The notes under the pieces are model-generated. The model was not told where the DNA came from, made no database searches, and saw only the letters and a program-made list of their open reading frames with translations. Position numbers and translations under genes: made by a program. From assembly GCA_964652295.1 (NCBI GenBank), contig CAZZCL010000004.1:75-64074 (forward strand): DNA of 64,000 nt, given 5' to 3'. This DNA is from an uncultured Chthoniobacterales bacterium (GTDB lineage: Bacteria; Verrucomicrobiota; Verrucomicrobiia; Chthoniobacterales; CALDSX01). Below are positions 54,892 to 63,043 of this stretch, piece by piece (position 1 is the first letter of the stretch; every line of letters starts with the position of its first letter).

Positions 54892-57143
54892 AAGAGAGGG
54901 AGCCGCGAGCCGATCTGGTAGATAGCCACCGCCGCAATCCACGCGAAAAGCGTCATGCTCACAAAGGATGCGGCGGCCCAGCGCCAGTTTAACTGCTTTG
55001 CGATAACGGCAACCGTCGCCCCGCACTGCATGCATAATGCGAAGAAGACCATGAGGGCGAAAACGACCGGCAGGCTGTACACCGCGCGGCCTTCCAGGGG
55101 CCCGGATTTCCAAACGGCAGACGCCATCGCACCTCGTAATCCTTCCGATTCTTCGTCCACTTCGCTGCCGAGATTGTAAATGATTCCCATGGTGGCGATA
55201 ATGACCTCGCGCGCTGGGAAGCTTGAGAGCACGCCGACAGTTATTTTCCAGTCGAATCCGGCCGGGGCGAACATCGGCTGGACGAACTTGCCGAAGCGCC
55301 CGAGATAGCTGTCTTCAAGATACGCGCCTTCGATATGACCCTCGAGGGCGACGGCGACCTCTTCCCGTGCCAGTCCGGCTTCGATGGACGCGGTGGTTTC
55401 GCCGGTGGCCGCAGACTGCATCTGGATAAAGGTCTGGACTGCGCGCTGCCCGGTGGCGTTGTCTCGCGGGAAATACAGCAGTGCCCAGATGACCACAGAG
55501 AACGCGAGGATCACAGTGCCTGCGCGCACCACAAATTCGCGCCCGCCTTCCCACATTTTCATCAGCACATTGCGCGAATCAGGGATCCTGTAGCGCGTCA
55601 TCTCAAGGATAAAGGGCATGGGAGGGGTCCTTAGAATGAACCGGTTGAATACCCATGCCAGCGGAAGCGATACTGCGAGCCCCACAAAATGCATCGCGAA
55701 CAGCGTCAGCCCCGCAACGAACGCGCCGTAGCGCGGCTCGATGAAAACTCCAATGAGGAGGACATAGACCGGCAGGCGAGCCGAACAACTCATGAATGGG
55801 GCCATGAGCACCGTCGTGAGCCGCGCGCGGGGATCTTCGAGGGAGCGCGCGGCCATAATGCCCGGGATGGCACAGGCAAAACTCGACAGCAGCGGAACAA
55901 AACTTTTTCCGTTTAATCCGCACCATCCGAACAATTTATCCATTAGGAAGGCACCGCGTGCCATGTAGCCGCTCTCCTCCAGGAGAGCAATAAACAAGAA
56001 CAACAGGAAAATCTGCGGCAGAAAAATCAGCACGCCGCCCACGCCGGCGATGACGCCATCGACGATCAGCGATTGAAAAATCGGTGTGGCCGCCAGCATG
56101 GGTCCCACCGCATCTTGGGTTGCGCCAGTCAACCCGTCGATAATGTCCATGAGAGGCCCGGCCCACGAGTAGACCGACTGGAATACCACCCACATGACAG
56201 CGAGAAAGATAAGGCTTCCCCATAAGCGATGGACAAGGAGCGCGTCGATCGAGGCGTCGACCGGGTTCGACGGAGTCCGGTGCAGATGACTTTGCAGCGC
56301 TCGCGCGAGGATGCCGTCCATGTGCTCGTAGTGCAGCACGGCTTCCGCCGCGGAGGGGTTGAGTCCGCTGTGCCGAATTTTATTGCGTGCGGCGCGGATG
56401 AGTTCGTCAAGGCGCTCTTCGGGGAGGCTCAGCCGGTTGCGGATGGCGCTTTGGCAATCGAAAATCATACGGTGCGCTTCAGCAAGGGTGAGCGACTCTC
56501 CGGAAGCGCTGACGGCTTCCTGCACTTCGCGCCCTGCCTCGAGCACCTCGGGACGCCACGTTATCCGCGTCATACGCCTCGGAGAATTTATGGCTGCGGC
56601 AATGGCTTTGCGCAACGGGATGAGACCCTCGCCGCGTGTGCCGACGGTCGTGAGCACCGGCGTTCCGAGTTCCGCTTCAAGCGCCGCCGGATCGATCGGG
56701 GGGGCCAGCTTTGCGGCTTCGTCCCACTGGTTTAGCACCAGGATGGCGGGCTTATCGAACTCTGCGAGCTGGGAAGCCAAAAACAGGTTGCGCTTCAGAT
56801 TCGTCGCATCCAGGACGCAAACGATCACGTCCGGGGCGCGCGCGCCGGCATGGCCGGTGAGCAAATCGATTGTCACCCGCTCCTCGGGAGAAGACGCGGA
56901 AAGGCTGTAAGCGCCTGGCAGGTCCAGCACATCGAATTGGCGTCCCTCGAATTCGTAATTTCCCACCCGGGCTTCGACGGTGATGCCGGGGTAATTCGCG
57001 ATGCGTTGGCGAAGCCCTGTGAGCCGATTGAAAATGGTAGATTTTCCTGTGTTCGGATTGCCAATAAGGCCGATGAGGGGGGCGTTTCGGATGGGTGAGG
57101 CTGAAGAAAGCCTGCGGGGTGGGGTGGCAGATGCGGTGATCAT
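54888..57143 (-). CDS. feoB: Ferrous iron transporter FeoB
   Basis: N-terminal G-domain LIGNPNTGKSTIFNRLTG...NYPGITVE and a large polytopic C-terminal domain. 751 aa. Confidence 0.95.
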   Translation of the reverse strand: MITASATPPRRLSSASPIRNAPLIGLIGNPNTGKSTIFNRLTGLRQRIANYPGITVEARVGNYEFEGRQFDVLDLPGAYSLSASSPEERVTIDLLTGHAGARAPDVIVCVLDATNLKRNLFLASQLAEFDKPAILVLNQWDEAAKLAPPIDPAALEAELGTPVLTTVGTRGEGLIPLRKAIAAAINSPRRMTRITWRPEVLEAGREVQEAVSASGESLTLAEAHRMIFDCQSAIRNRLSLPEERLDELIRAARNKIRHSGLNPSAAEAVLHYEHMDGILARALQSHLHRTPSNPVDASIDALLVHRLWGSLIFLAVMWVVFQSVYSWAGPLMDIIDGLTGATQDAVGPMLAATPIFQSLIVDGVIAGVGGVLIFLPQIFLLFLFIALLEESGYMARGAFLMDKLFGWCGLNGKSFVPLLSSFACAIPGIMAARSLEDPRARLTTVLMAPFMSCSARLPVYVLLIGVFIEPRYGAFVAGLTLFAMHFVGLAVSLPLAWVFNRFILRTPPMPFILEMTRYRIPDSRNVLMKMWEGGREFVVRAGTVILAFSVVIWALLYFPRDNATGQRAVQTFIQMQSAATGETTASIEAGLAREEVAVALEGHIEGAYLEDSYLGRFGKFVQPMFAPAGFDWKITVGVLSSFPAREVIIATMGIIYNLGSEVDEESEGLRGAMASAVWKSGPLEGRAVYSLPVVFALMVFFALCMQCGATVAVIAKQLNWRWAAASFVSMTLFAWIAAVAIYQIGSRLPLL

Positions 57144-57430
57144 GGAACGGCCGGATTGGCAGTTGCAGGGTTCTCGCTGGCGGGACGGCCGTTGTGCTGG
57201 GCGAGGGACAACGAGACCTCGACGAGCCGGGCTTCAGAGGCGCGCAACGCAATTTTTTGGCTATCCACCTCATAGGCGTTGGGATCGCCGAAAAGGGCAG
57301 TGTTGCGATGCGTGACAGTGCGTCCTGGCAAGAAACCAAGGGCATAAAGCCGGGCTGCAGAGGCGTTGTCGCCATGGACGGCGATAACGGTTGCCGAACA
57401 GCCTTTTGGAATGCGATCGAGGAATGGCAT
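57140..57430 (-). CDS. feoA: FeoA (SH3-like ferrous iron transport protein A)
   Basis: The 96-aa C-terminal part of the track ORF, with LDRIPKGCSATVIAVHGDNASAARLYALGFLPGRTV. The stop overlaps the feoB ATG (ATGA). ATG 57481 is an alternative start. Confidence 0.75.
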   Translation of the reverse strand: MPFLDRIPKGCSATVIAVHGDNASAARLYALGFLPGRTVTHRNTALFGDPNAYEVDSQKIALRASEARLVEVSLSLAQHNGRPASENPATANPAVP

Positions 57431-57502
57431 GGGAAAACCGACAGAAGCAGGATAAGCGGGAGGAGAGAGACGGGAGAACATTGATCGCACTTGCGATCCA
57501 TT

Positions 57503-57526
57503 CGCATTAAGAAGGCAATTAATGCG
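57503..57526. promoter_or_regulatory. AT-rich inverted repeat CGCATTAA-N8-TTAATGCG upstream of feoA (candidate metalloregulator operator)
   Basis: Exact 8-bp arms at 57503-57510 and 57519-57526, 73-96 nt upstream of feoA ATG 57430. The sequence is AT-rich within a GC-rich genome. Confidence 0.3.
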
Positions 57527-57751
57527 GTGAGTACAGTTTCGCAAGCAACTCTCGCACGTTCGGCGGGCTTTTGCGGTGTGGATAGAGAAGTTTTTACGAG
57601 GGCATGGCACGCATTTGTGGGTGAGTGCACAACGCTCTTCGTGAGGGCTTGACTTAAGTTTTACCCCGGATTCGGTTAATCCCTTGCCTATGGGTAACAA
57701 CGTTAGATCCTGAATGCTTCTGCCAATGTGGTGTGAGTGGCCCTTTGAGGG

Positions 57752-58297
57752 ATGGCCGCAACCGAGACCGTAAGGGCGCTTTCGCCTGTGACAGTCCGTG
57801 CGAGGCAAATCGATTTATCGCCGAAAGAAGACAAGGCTCCCAAGGGCGGCGATAAAAAGAAGAAGCCCGCGCCCAAAGAGGATATCGGGGTCAAATCCCT
57901 TGAGGTCGAGGTCCGGAACGCTGGCAGGAATCCGATCGATGGCGCAACACTGCGTTACCGGTTCTTCGGCTTAAAAAAAGGCGACACGGAGATCGTGGTG
58001 CTCAAGAATGGTAAACAGGATATGACATTACCACCGGGTGAAGCCGTGACTGTCACCACGGATAAAGTGAGGGCGAAATATCAGTACCGTGGCATTCCGG
58101 AGGAGAAAGATATGAAGACGGGTGAGGTCACACGCACGAAAGTGGAGGCGGGTAGCGAGAGATTGCGGGGCTATGGAGTGTGCGTGGAACACAATGATGA
58201 AGTGCTCGCGGAGTACTTCATCACTCCGCAATATGAGCGCGTGGCTGACGAAGCGGATTCGTCAACACAGCCGGATTCTGTGCTCCAGATGGAATAG
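57752..58297 (+). CDS. Hypothetical protein (Lys-rich N-terminus, beta-rich body), no recognisable family
   Basis: 181-aa ORF with clear codon periodicity. An in-frame TGA lies 6 nt upstream of the ATG, so no N-terminal signal peptide is possible. GC looks lower than in the neighbours. Confidence 0.55.
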   Translation: MAATETVRALSPVTVRARQIDLSPKEDKAPKGGDKKKKPAPKEDIGVKSLEVEVRNAGRNPIDGATLRYRFFGLKKGDTEIVVLKNGKQDMTLPPGEAVTVTTDKVRAKYQYRGIPEEKDMKTGEVTRTKVEAGSERLRGYGVCVEHNDEVLAEYFITPQYERVADEADSSTQPDSVLQME

Positions 58298-58380
58298 GGT
58301 TTTGGGTACGGGCCCCGCGCGCAGCTGCGACAAAGGTTAAGCAGGGAATCCGGTGCGTTGAGATCACCGGGCGCAGCCGC

Positions 58381-58944
58381 TCAGTGCGTTTCTGCTGCGA
58401 GACGGTCACGCAAAAGTGCGAGGGCATGCCTCATGGAATCGAATGCCAGATCCGCGGGTGCCACGTCCGCCAGCGGAATACGCCGCCAATCGACCCCTTC
58501 GCCGTCCTCAAGAACGACCTCCTGATCCTCCGGCAGCCTCCCGAGGAAAAAGATATCCGTGACATGGCGTGCAACCCCGCTGTGGAAATACAGATTCGGG
58601 TGGGACGCGAGATAGTGCGGCGTTTCGATCCGCAGACCGACTTCTTCGAGCGTCTCCCGGCGGACCGCGTCTTCAAGACACTCCCCCGGGTCGACAAAAC
58701 CGCCGGGCATGGCCCATTTTCCCTTTGCCGGTTCGTGCGCGCGTTGCATGAGAAGTACGCGGCGTTCCGTATCCAGGAGAAATACGCCGACGGCCAGTGT
58801 GGGGTTGAAAAACATTCTATAACTGCAGCTTCGGCATTCGCGGGTCACGGGACCAAGCATGGGAAAATCCCGCGATCCGCAGCAGGGACAGAACCTGTGA
58901 GTATGGATCAGCTCGGGCGCTGGTGTGGGGAGGCGTTCCGTCAT
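58381..58944 (-). CDS. NUDIX hydrolase with N-terminal zinc ribbon (NudC-like architecture)
   Basis: CPCC...CRSC zinc ribbon and Nudix box GKWAMPGGFVDPGECLEDAVRRETLEEVGL. ATGA overlap with the acpS stop. Confidence 0.8.
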   Translation of the reverse strand: MTERLPTPAPELIHTHRFCPCCGSRDFPMLGPVTRECRSCSYRMFFNPTLAVGVFLLDTERRVLLMQRAHEPAKGKWAMPGGFVDPGECLEDAVRRETLEEVGLRIETPHYLASHPNLYFHSGVARHVTDIFFLGRLPEDQEVVLEDGEGVDWRRIPLADVAPADLAFDSMRHALALLRDRLAAETH

Positions 58945-59333
58945 GCCAATTGGCGAGGGATAAGGACGGCATTGGCTGCGGCGTACTCCTGCGTGTGGGA
59001 CAGGCTGACGAGCACAGTTGCCACACCACGTTCGCGGGCGGTTTGCGCCCCGCGCCCGTGCAGAACAATGGCCGGCTCGCCGTTGTCACGGCGGAGCACC
59101 TCAATATCGCGCCACCCCATCGCTGCGCCGATGCCGGTGCCGAATGCCTTTGAAACGGCCTCTTTGGCGGCGAAACGCGCCGCGAGATGTACCGCAGGAT
59201 TTTTCATTGATTGGCAGTAGAACACTTCTGCTTCGCAGAAGACGCGCGCCAGGAAACGTTCTCCGAAGCGGTTCAGCGCGGATTCGATGCGCGCCACCGC
59301 CACGATATCGATGCCGATCCCGACGACGCTCAT
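58941..59333 (-). CDS. acpS: Holo-ACP synthase (4'-phosphopantetheinyl transferase)
   Basis: GIGIDIVAVARIE...FLARVFCEAE...AARFAAKEAVSKA. Confidence 0.9.
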   Translation of the reverse strand: MSVVGIGIDIVAVARIESALNRFGERFLARVFCEAEVFYCQSMKNPAVHLAARFAAKEAVSKAFGTGIGAAMGWRDIEVLRRDNGEPAIVLHGRGAQTARERGVATVLVSLSHTQEYAAANAVLIPRQLA

Positions 59334-60097
59334 CGAGGATCCTCGCCACGGACGGTGTGTGCGCGCATGAGTGAGAGCATATCGGACACGGCTTGTCTCA
59401 GACCGATGGAAACGGCGCGGGAGATGATGCTGTGGCCGATGTTGAGATCCTGAAGATGCGGTACAACCGCGAGGAGGGGCGGCACATTTGTGTAATTCAA
59501 TCCATGCCCCGCGTTGACCCGAAGCCCGAGGGAGTGGGCGAGACGGGCGGCTTCGGCCAGGCGCGCCAGTTCCCGTTCTGCGTCAAAGCGTTCTACGGTA
59601 TCGGCGTAAGCGCCGGTGTGCAATTCGACCGCGGCAGCATTCAGCGCCGCTGCCGCGCGAATCTGGGGCGCATCGGGGTCGACAAAAAGGCTGACAGCGA
59701 TGCCGACGCTGTTTAACGCGGCGACGGTCGGGCGGAGCGCTTCGGTGCCGTGAACGGCATTCAACCCGCCTTCGGTTGTGATTTCCTGTCTGCGTTCCGG
59801 GACAAGACAGACATCGTCGGGATGGATGGCGAGTGCGATTGCAAGAATCTCGGGTGTATTGGCCATCTCGAAATTAAGCCGTGTGGCAATGGCCCCGCGG
59901 AGCCTAAGCATATCGGCGTCCTGAATGTGGCGACGATCCTCGCGGAGATGCGCGGTGATGCCGTGCGCCCCACCGGCTTCAGCTTCCAGTGCGGCTGCGA
60001 TGGGATCGGGTTCTGCGCGCGGGCTGGCGGCGTGCGCCGCGTACCGCGCCTGACGCAGTGTTGCGATGTGGTCAATGTTAACACCGAGCTTAAGCAT
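59330..60097 (-). CDS. pdxJ: Pyridoxine 5'-phosphate synthase
   Basis: LGVNIDHIATLRQAR, ITAHLREDRRHI and ELHTG. Confidence 0.9.
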   Translation of the reverse strand: MLKLGVNIDHIATLRQARYAAHAASPRAEPDPIAAALEAEAGGAHGITAHLREDRRHIQDADMLRLRGAIATRLNFEMANTPEILAIALAIHPDDVCLVPERRQEITTEGGLNAVHGTEALRPTVAALNSVGIAVSLFVDPDAPQIRAAAALNAAAVELHTGAYADTVERFDAERELARLAEAARLAHSLGLRVNAGHGLNYTNVPPLLAVVPHLQDLNIGHSIISRAVSIGLRQAVSDMLSLMRAHTVRGEDPR

Positions 60098-60126
60098 TGG
60101 GGGAGGCGGGATGGATGCGGAATGTG

Positions 60127-61665
60127 TCAGTGTCGGAAGTGGCGCGTGCCGGTAAACACCATGGCGACGTTGCGGTCGTTGGCCGCGGCGATCACTTCGT
60201 CGTCGCGCAGAGATCCCCCCGGCTGGATTGCGGCGGTTACCCCGGCTTCGACCACCGAGAGCAGACCGTCGGAAAACGGGAAGAATGCGTCGCTCGCCAC
60301 GGCGGAGTTTTGAAGCGGCAGACCGGCTTGCTGTGCCTTCCAGACTGCGATGCGGCAGGAGTCGATACGCGACATCTGGCCTGCGCCGATGCCCAGCGTG
60401 CGGTCGGGCCCGGCGAGAACGATTGCGTTGGATTTGACGTGTTTGACAATCTTCCAGCCGAAATCCATGGCAGCGATTTCTCCGCGGGTGGGGGGGCGTT
60501 TAGTTACGACTTTCTCTTCGAGAACGAACTCGTCCTGCGGATCTTCGTCCTGAACAAGCACCCCGCCGGCGACGGTGCGCACCTGTTGCGAGGGCGGTGG
60601 AGCGCCGGAGGTGGAGAGGGGCTCGCGGTGCAGGATCAGGCGGAGGTTCTTCTTCTTCTGGAGCAGCGCGCGCGCCGCCGGATCGAAATCGGGTGCGATA
60701 ATGACTTCGCTGAAGATTTCGGAAATGGCCCGTGCCAGAGGTTCGCCGATGGGGCGGTTGCAGACAATGATCCCACCGAACGGCGCCTGTTTGTCCGTGG
60801 CGAACGCCTTGTCCCACGCTGCGCGTTGATCATCGTCGCAGCCTGCTCCACAGGGGTTGGTGTGCTTGAGGATGGCCACGGTCTGATCGTCAAACTCGGC
60901 GATGAGCCGGGCTGCTGCGTCGATATCGAGAATGTTGTTGTAGGAAAGTTCCTTGCCATGGATTTGTTCGAACTGGCTTCCGAACCGGCCGTACAATGCG
61001 GCAGATTGATGGGGATTTTCGCCGTAGCGCAGCCTGCGCTCAAGGGGCAGGCTCAGATTGAATGAGGAGACGGTTTCCTGAGAGCGGTTGAGGAATGCGC
61101 CAATCGCGTGGTCATAGGCCGAGGTCCGGAGAAAGACTTTTACGGCAAGCCGTTCGCGCAATTTCAACGTCGTTGCGCCGTCGTTGGCGGTCATGGCATC
61201 GAGCACTTCGGGATAATCCGCCGGGTCAGTGACGACGGTCACATGGCGATAGTTTTTGGCAGCGCTCCGCAACATTGAAGGGCCGCCAATGTCAATGTTC
61301 TCGATGGCGTCTTCGAGTGTGGCGTCCTCGCGTGCTGCGGTTTTCTCGAAGGGATACAGGTTTACCGCCAGGAGATCGATTGGCGCAATGCCGTGTTCGG
61401 CGGCCTCTGCGGCGTGCCGCTTGTGGTCGCGGAGAAAAAGCAGGCCACCGTGCACGCGCGGGTGCAGGGTTTTCACCCGGCCTTCAAGCATCTCCGGGAA
61501 GCCCGTGAACTCGGCAATGTCGAGAGCCGGGAGTCCCGCTTCGGCAAGGAGCTTGCGGGTGCCGCCGGTACTGACCAGCTCCACTTCGAACGCAAGAAGC
61601 CGACGTGCGAAGTCCACAAGACCGGATTTGTCGCTGACGGAGAGCAACGCTCTACGAATTCTCAT
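60127..61665 (-). CDS. purH: Bifunctional AICAR transformylase / IMP cyclohydrolase
   Basis: RALLSVSDKSGLVDFA, GGTRKLL, VKTLHP.VHGG and 512 aa. Confidence 0.95.
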   Translation of the reverse strand: MRIRRALLSVSDKSGLVDFARRLLAFEVELVSTGGTRKLLAEAGLPALDIAEFTGFPEMLEGRVKTLHPRVHGGLLFLRDHKRHAAEAAEHGIAPIDLLAVNLYPFEKTAAREDATLEDAIENIDIGGPSMLRSAAKNYRHVTVVTDPADYPEVLDAMTANDGATTLKLRERLAVKVFLRTSAYDHAIGAFLNRSQETVSSFNLSLPLERRLRYGENPHQSAALYGRFGSQFEQIHGKELSYNNILDIDAAARLIAEFDDQTVAILKHTNPCGAGCDDDQRAAWDKAFATDKQAPFGGIIVCNRPIGEPLARAISEIFSEVIIAPDFDPAARALLQKKKNLRLILHREPLSTSGAPPPSQQVRTVAGGVLVQDEDPQDEFVLEEKVVTKRPPTRGEIAAMDFGWKIVKHVKSNAIVLAGPDRTLGIGAGQMSRIDSCRIAVWKAQQAGLPLQNSAVASDAFFPFSDGLLSVVEAGVTAAIQPGGSLRDDEVIAAANDRNVAMVFTGTRHFRH

Positions 61666-61791
61666 AAGTCTGGGAGTCTAAAGCCGGAGGTCGCGATGGG
61701 GAAGAGGGGAAATCGCACCGCTGCTCACCGGTCCGCCGAACTCTCCCTCGTTGCAAAGATCCTCTCCCTCCGCATATAAGCGGACGGACTT

Positions 61792-62385
61792 ATGGCCGAA
61801 GAGCCCCAGATTAACGATGCGGAATTGGTGCGCCAGACGCAGACGGGCGATCCGTCTGCATTCGATGAACTCGTGCGGCGCTATACCTCCCGCGTTTACG
61901 GCCTTGTGTACAACATGACCTCCAATCATGAGGACACTGCCGATCTGCTTCAGGACATCTTTTCCAAGGCGTACCGCTCCATAAAGGGATTCCAAGGGAA
62001 ATCCTCGTTCTACACCTGGCTGCATTCGATCGCAGTCAACATGACCATTAACTTTGTCAAGAAGCGCGGGCGACATTTCAAGGTCAGCCTCGACGACGTC
62101 GATTCCGGCATCCTCAACGATCCGGATTTTCTTGCGCTTACAGAAAATATGACGCCCGCGCGTGACGCCGCGCTTTCGGAGCTGCAGCAAAAATTGAACG
62201 AGGCGATGATGAAACTGTCTGTTGACCACAGAATGGTCGTGACGATGTTTGACATCCAAGGAATGCCACACAAGGAAATCAGCCAAATTCTGGGCATCTC
62301 CGAAGGCACCGTGCGGTCGCGGCTGTATTACGCCCATCGGCAATTGCAAAATTATCTTCGAGATTATAGAAAACCCCAAAAGTGA
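61792..62385 (+). CDS. ECF (group 4) RNA polymerase sigma factor
   Basis: Region 2 (FDELVRRYTSRVYGLVYNMTSNHEDTADLLQDIF) and region 4 HTH (HKEISQILGISEGTVRSRLYYAHRQL). Confidence 0.9.
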   Translation: MAEEPQINDAELVRQTQTGDPSAFDELVRRYTSRVYGLVYNMTSNHEDTADLLQDIFSKAYRSIKGFQGKSSFYTWLHSIAVNMTINFVKKRGRHFKVSLDDVDSGILNDPDFLALTENMTPARDAALSELQQKLNEAMMKLSVDHRMVVTMFDIQGMPHKEISQILGISEGTVRSRLYYAHRQLQNYLRDYRKPQK

Positions 62386-63023
62386 CGATGCGCCGCGAGA
62401 ACTCAGACGATTTTTCCGATATTCAAATTTTGCTGCGCCTGAAGCGCCATGAGCAGCCAGACCCCGGATTTGGGGATAGGATGGTTGCGGAGTTTCATCG
62501 CCGACAAAGTGCAGACTTGTTGAATCGACCCCTGTGGCGGCTCGCTTTCGACCGGTTTCAGGCATGGATCGGCGGGGATGACCCGGTGCCCCGCCGTACG
62601 CTCGGCACAGTCGGCTTTGCTGCGGCAACAGCGCTGATCCTCGCCGGACTTCTCTTTGGCGATCGTTTTCTGGAAATGGGGGCGCCCAGGTTTGGTGCAT
62701 CTAGCGGCGCGGAAATCGCCTCCATCCCCCGCGCGATCCAGTTGGAAGCCACGCCGGTGGCGCTTGGCGAAGCGCCTCGCTCCGCTGCCGCGACGCCGTC
62801 CCGTTCCGTCCAACTGCTCAATCCGGATGTGGATTTTATCTACATGCTTTCCTCCGGGCAACTTGAGCGCGCTCGCGTCGGCGCTGCGGCGGATGAGCAT
62901 GATGCGGTTTCACGTGCCGTCGCTCAGAGAGCCGACTCAATGCCTACCGCGGCCCACCCTTTATCGACTCCGCGCTACATTCTCGATTCGCGTCTGGTCA
63001 GCTACGAACCAACACGGTTTTAA
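62382..63023 (+). CDS. Putative single-pass anti-sigma factor
   Basis: The GTG start overlaps the sigma stop (GTGA). Cytoplasmic N-terminus, one TM helix (LGTVGFAAATALILAGLLF) and a periplasmic tail ending YEPTRF. No zf-HC2 motif. The assignment rests on position only. Confidence 0.5.
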   Translation: MTMRRENSDDFSDIQILLRLKRHEQPDPGFGDRMVAEFHRRQSADLLNRPLWRLAFDRFQAWIGGDDPVPRRTLGTVGFAAATALILAGLLFGDRFLEMGAPRFGASSGAEIASIPRAIQLEATPVALGEAPRSAAATPSRSVQLLNPDVDFIYMLSSGQLERARVGAAADEHDAVSRAVAQRADSMPTAAHPLSTPRYILDSRLVSYEPTRF

Positions 63024-63043
63024 ACCCGGACACCCGGATTCGC

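Noticed and set aside
60097-61065. 322-aa plus-strand ORF. The 340-aa minus-strand ORF at 61678-62700 falls in the same category.
   Set aside because: They are antisense to purH and to the ECF sigma / anti-sigma genes respectively. No motifs. High-GC shadow frames.
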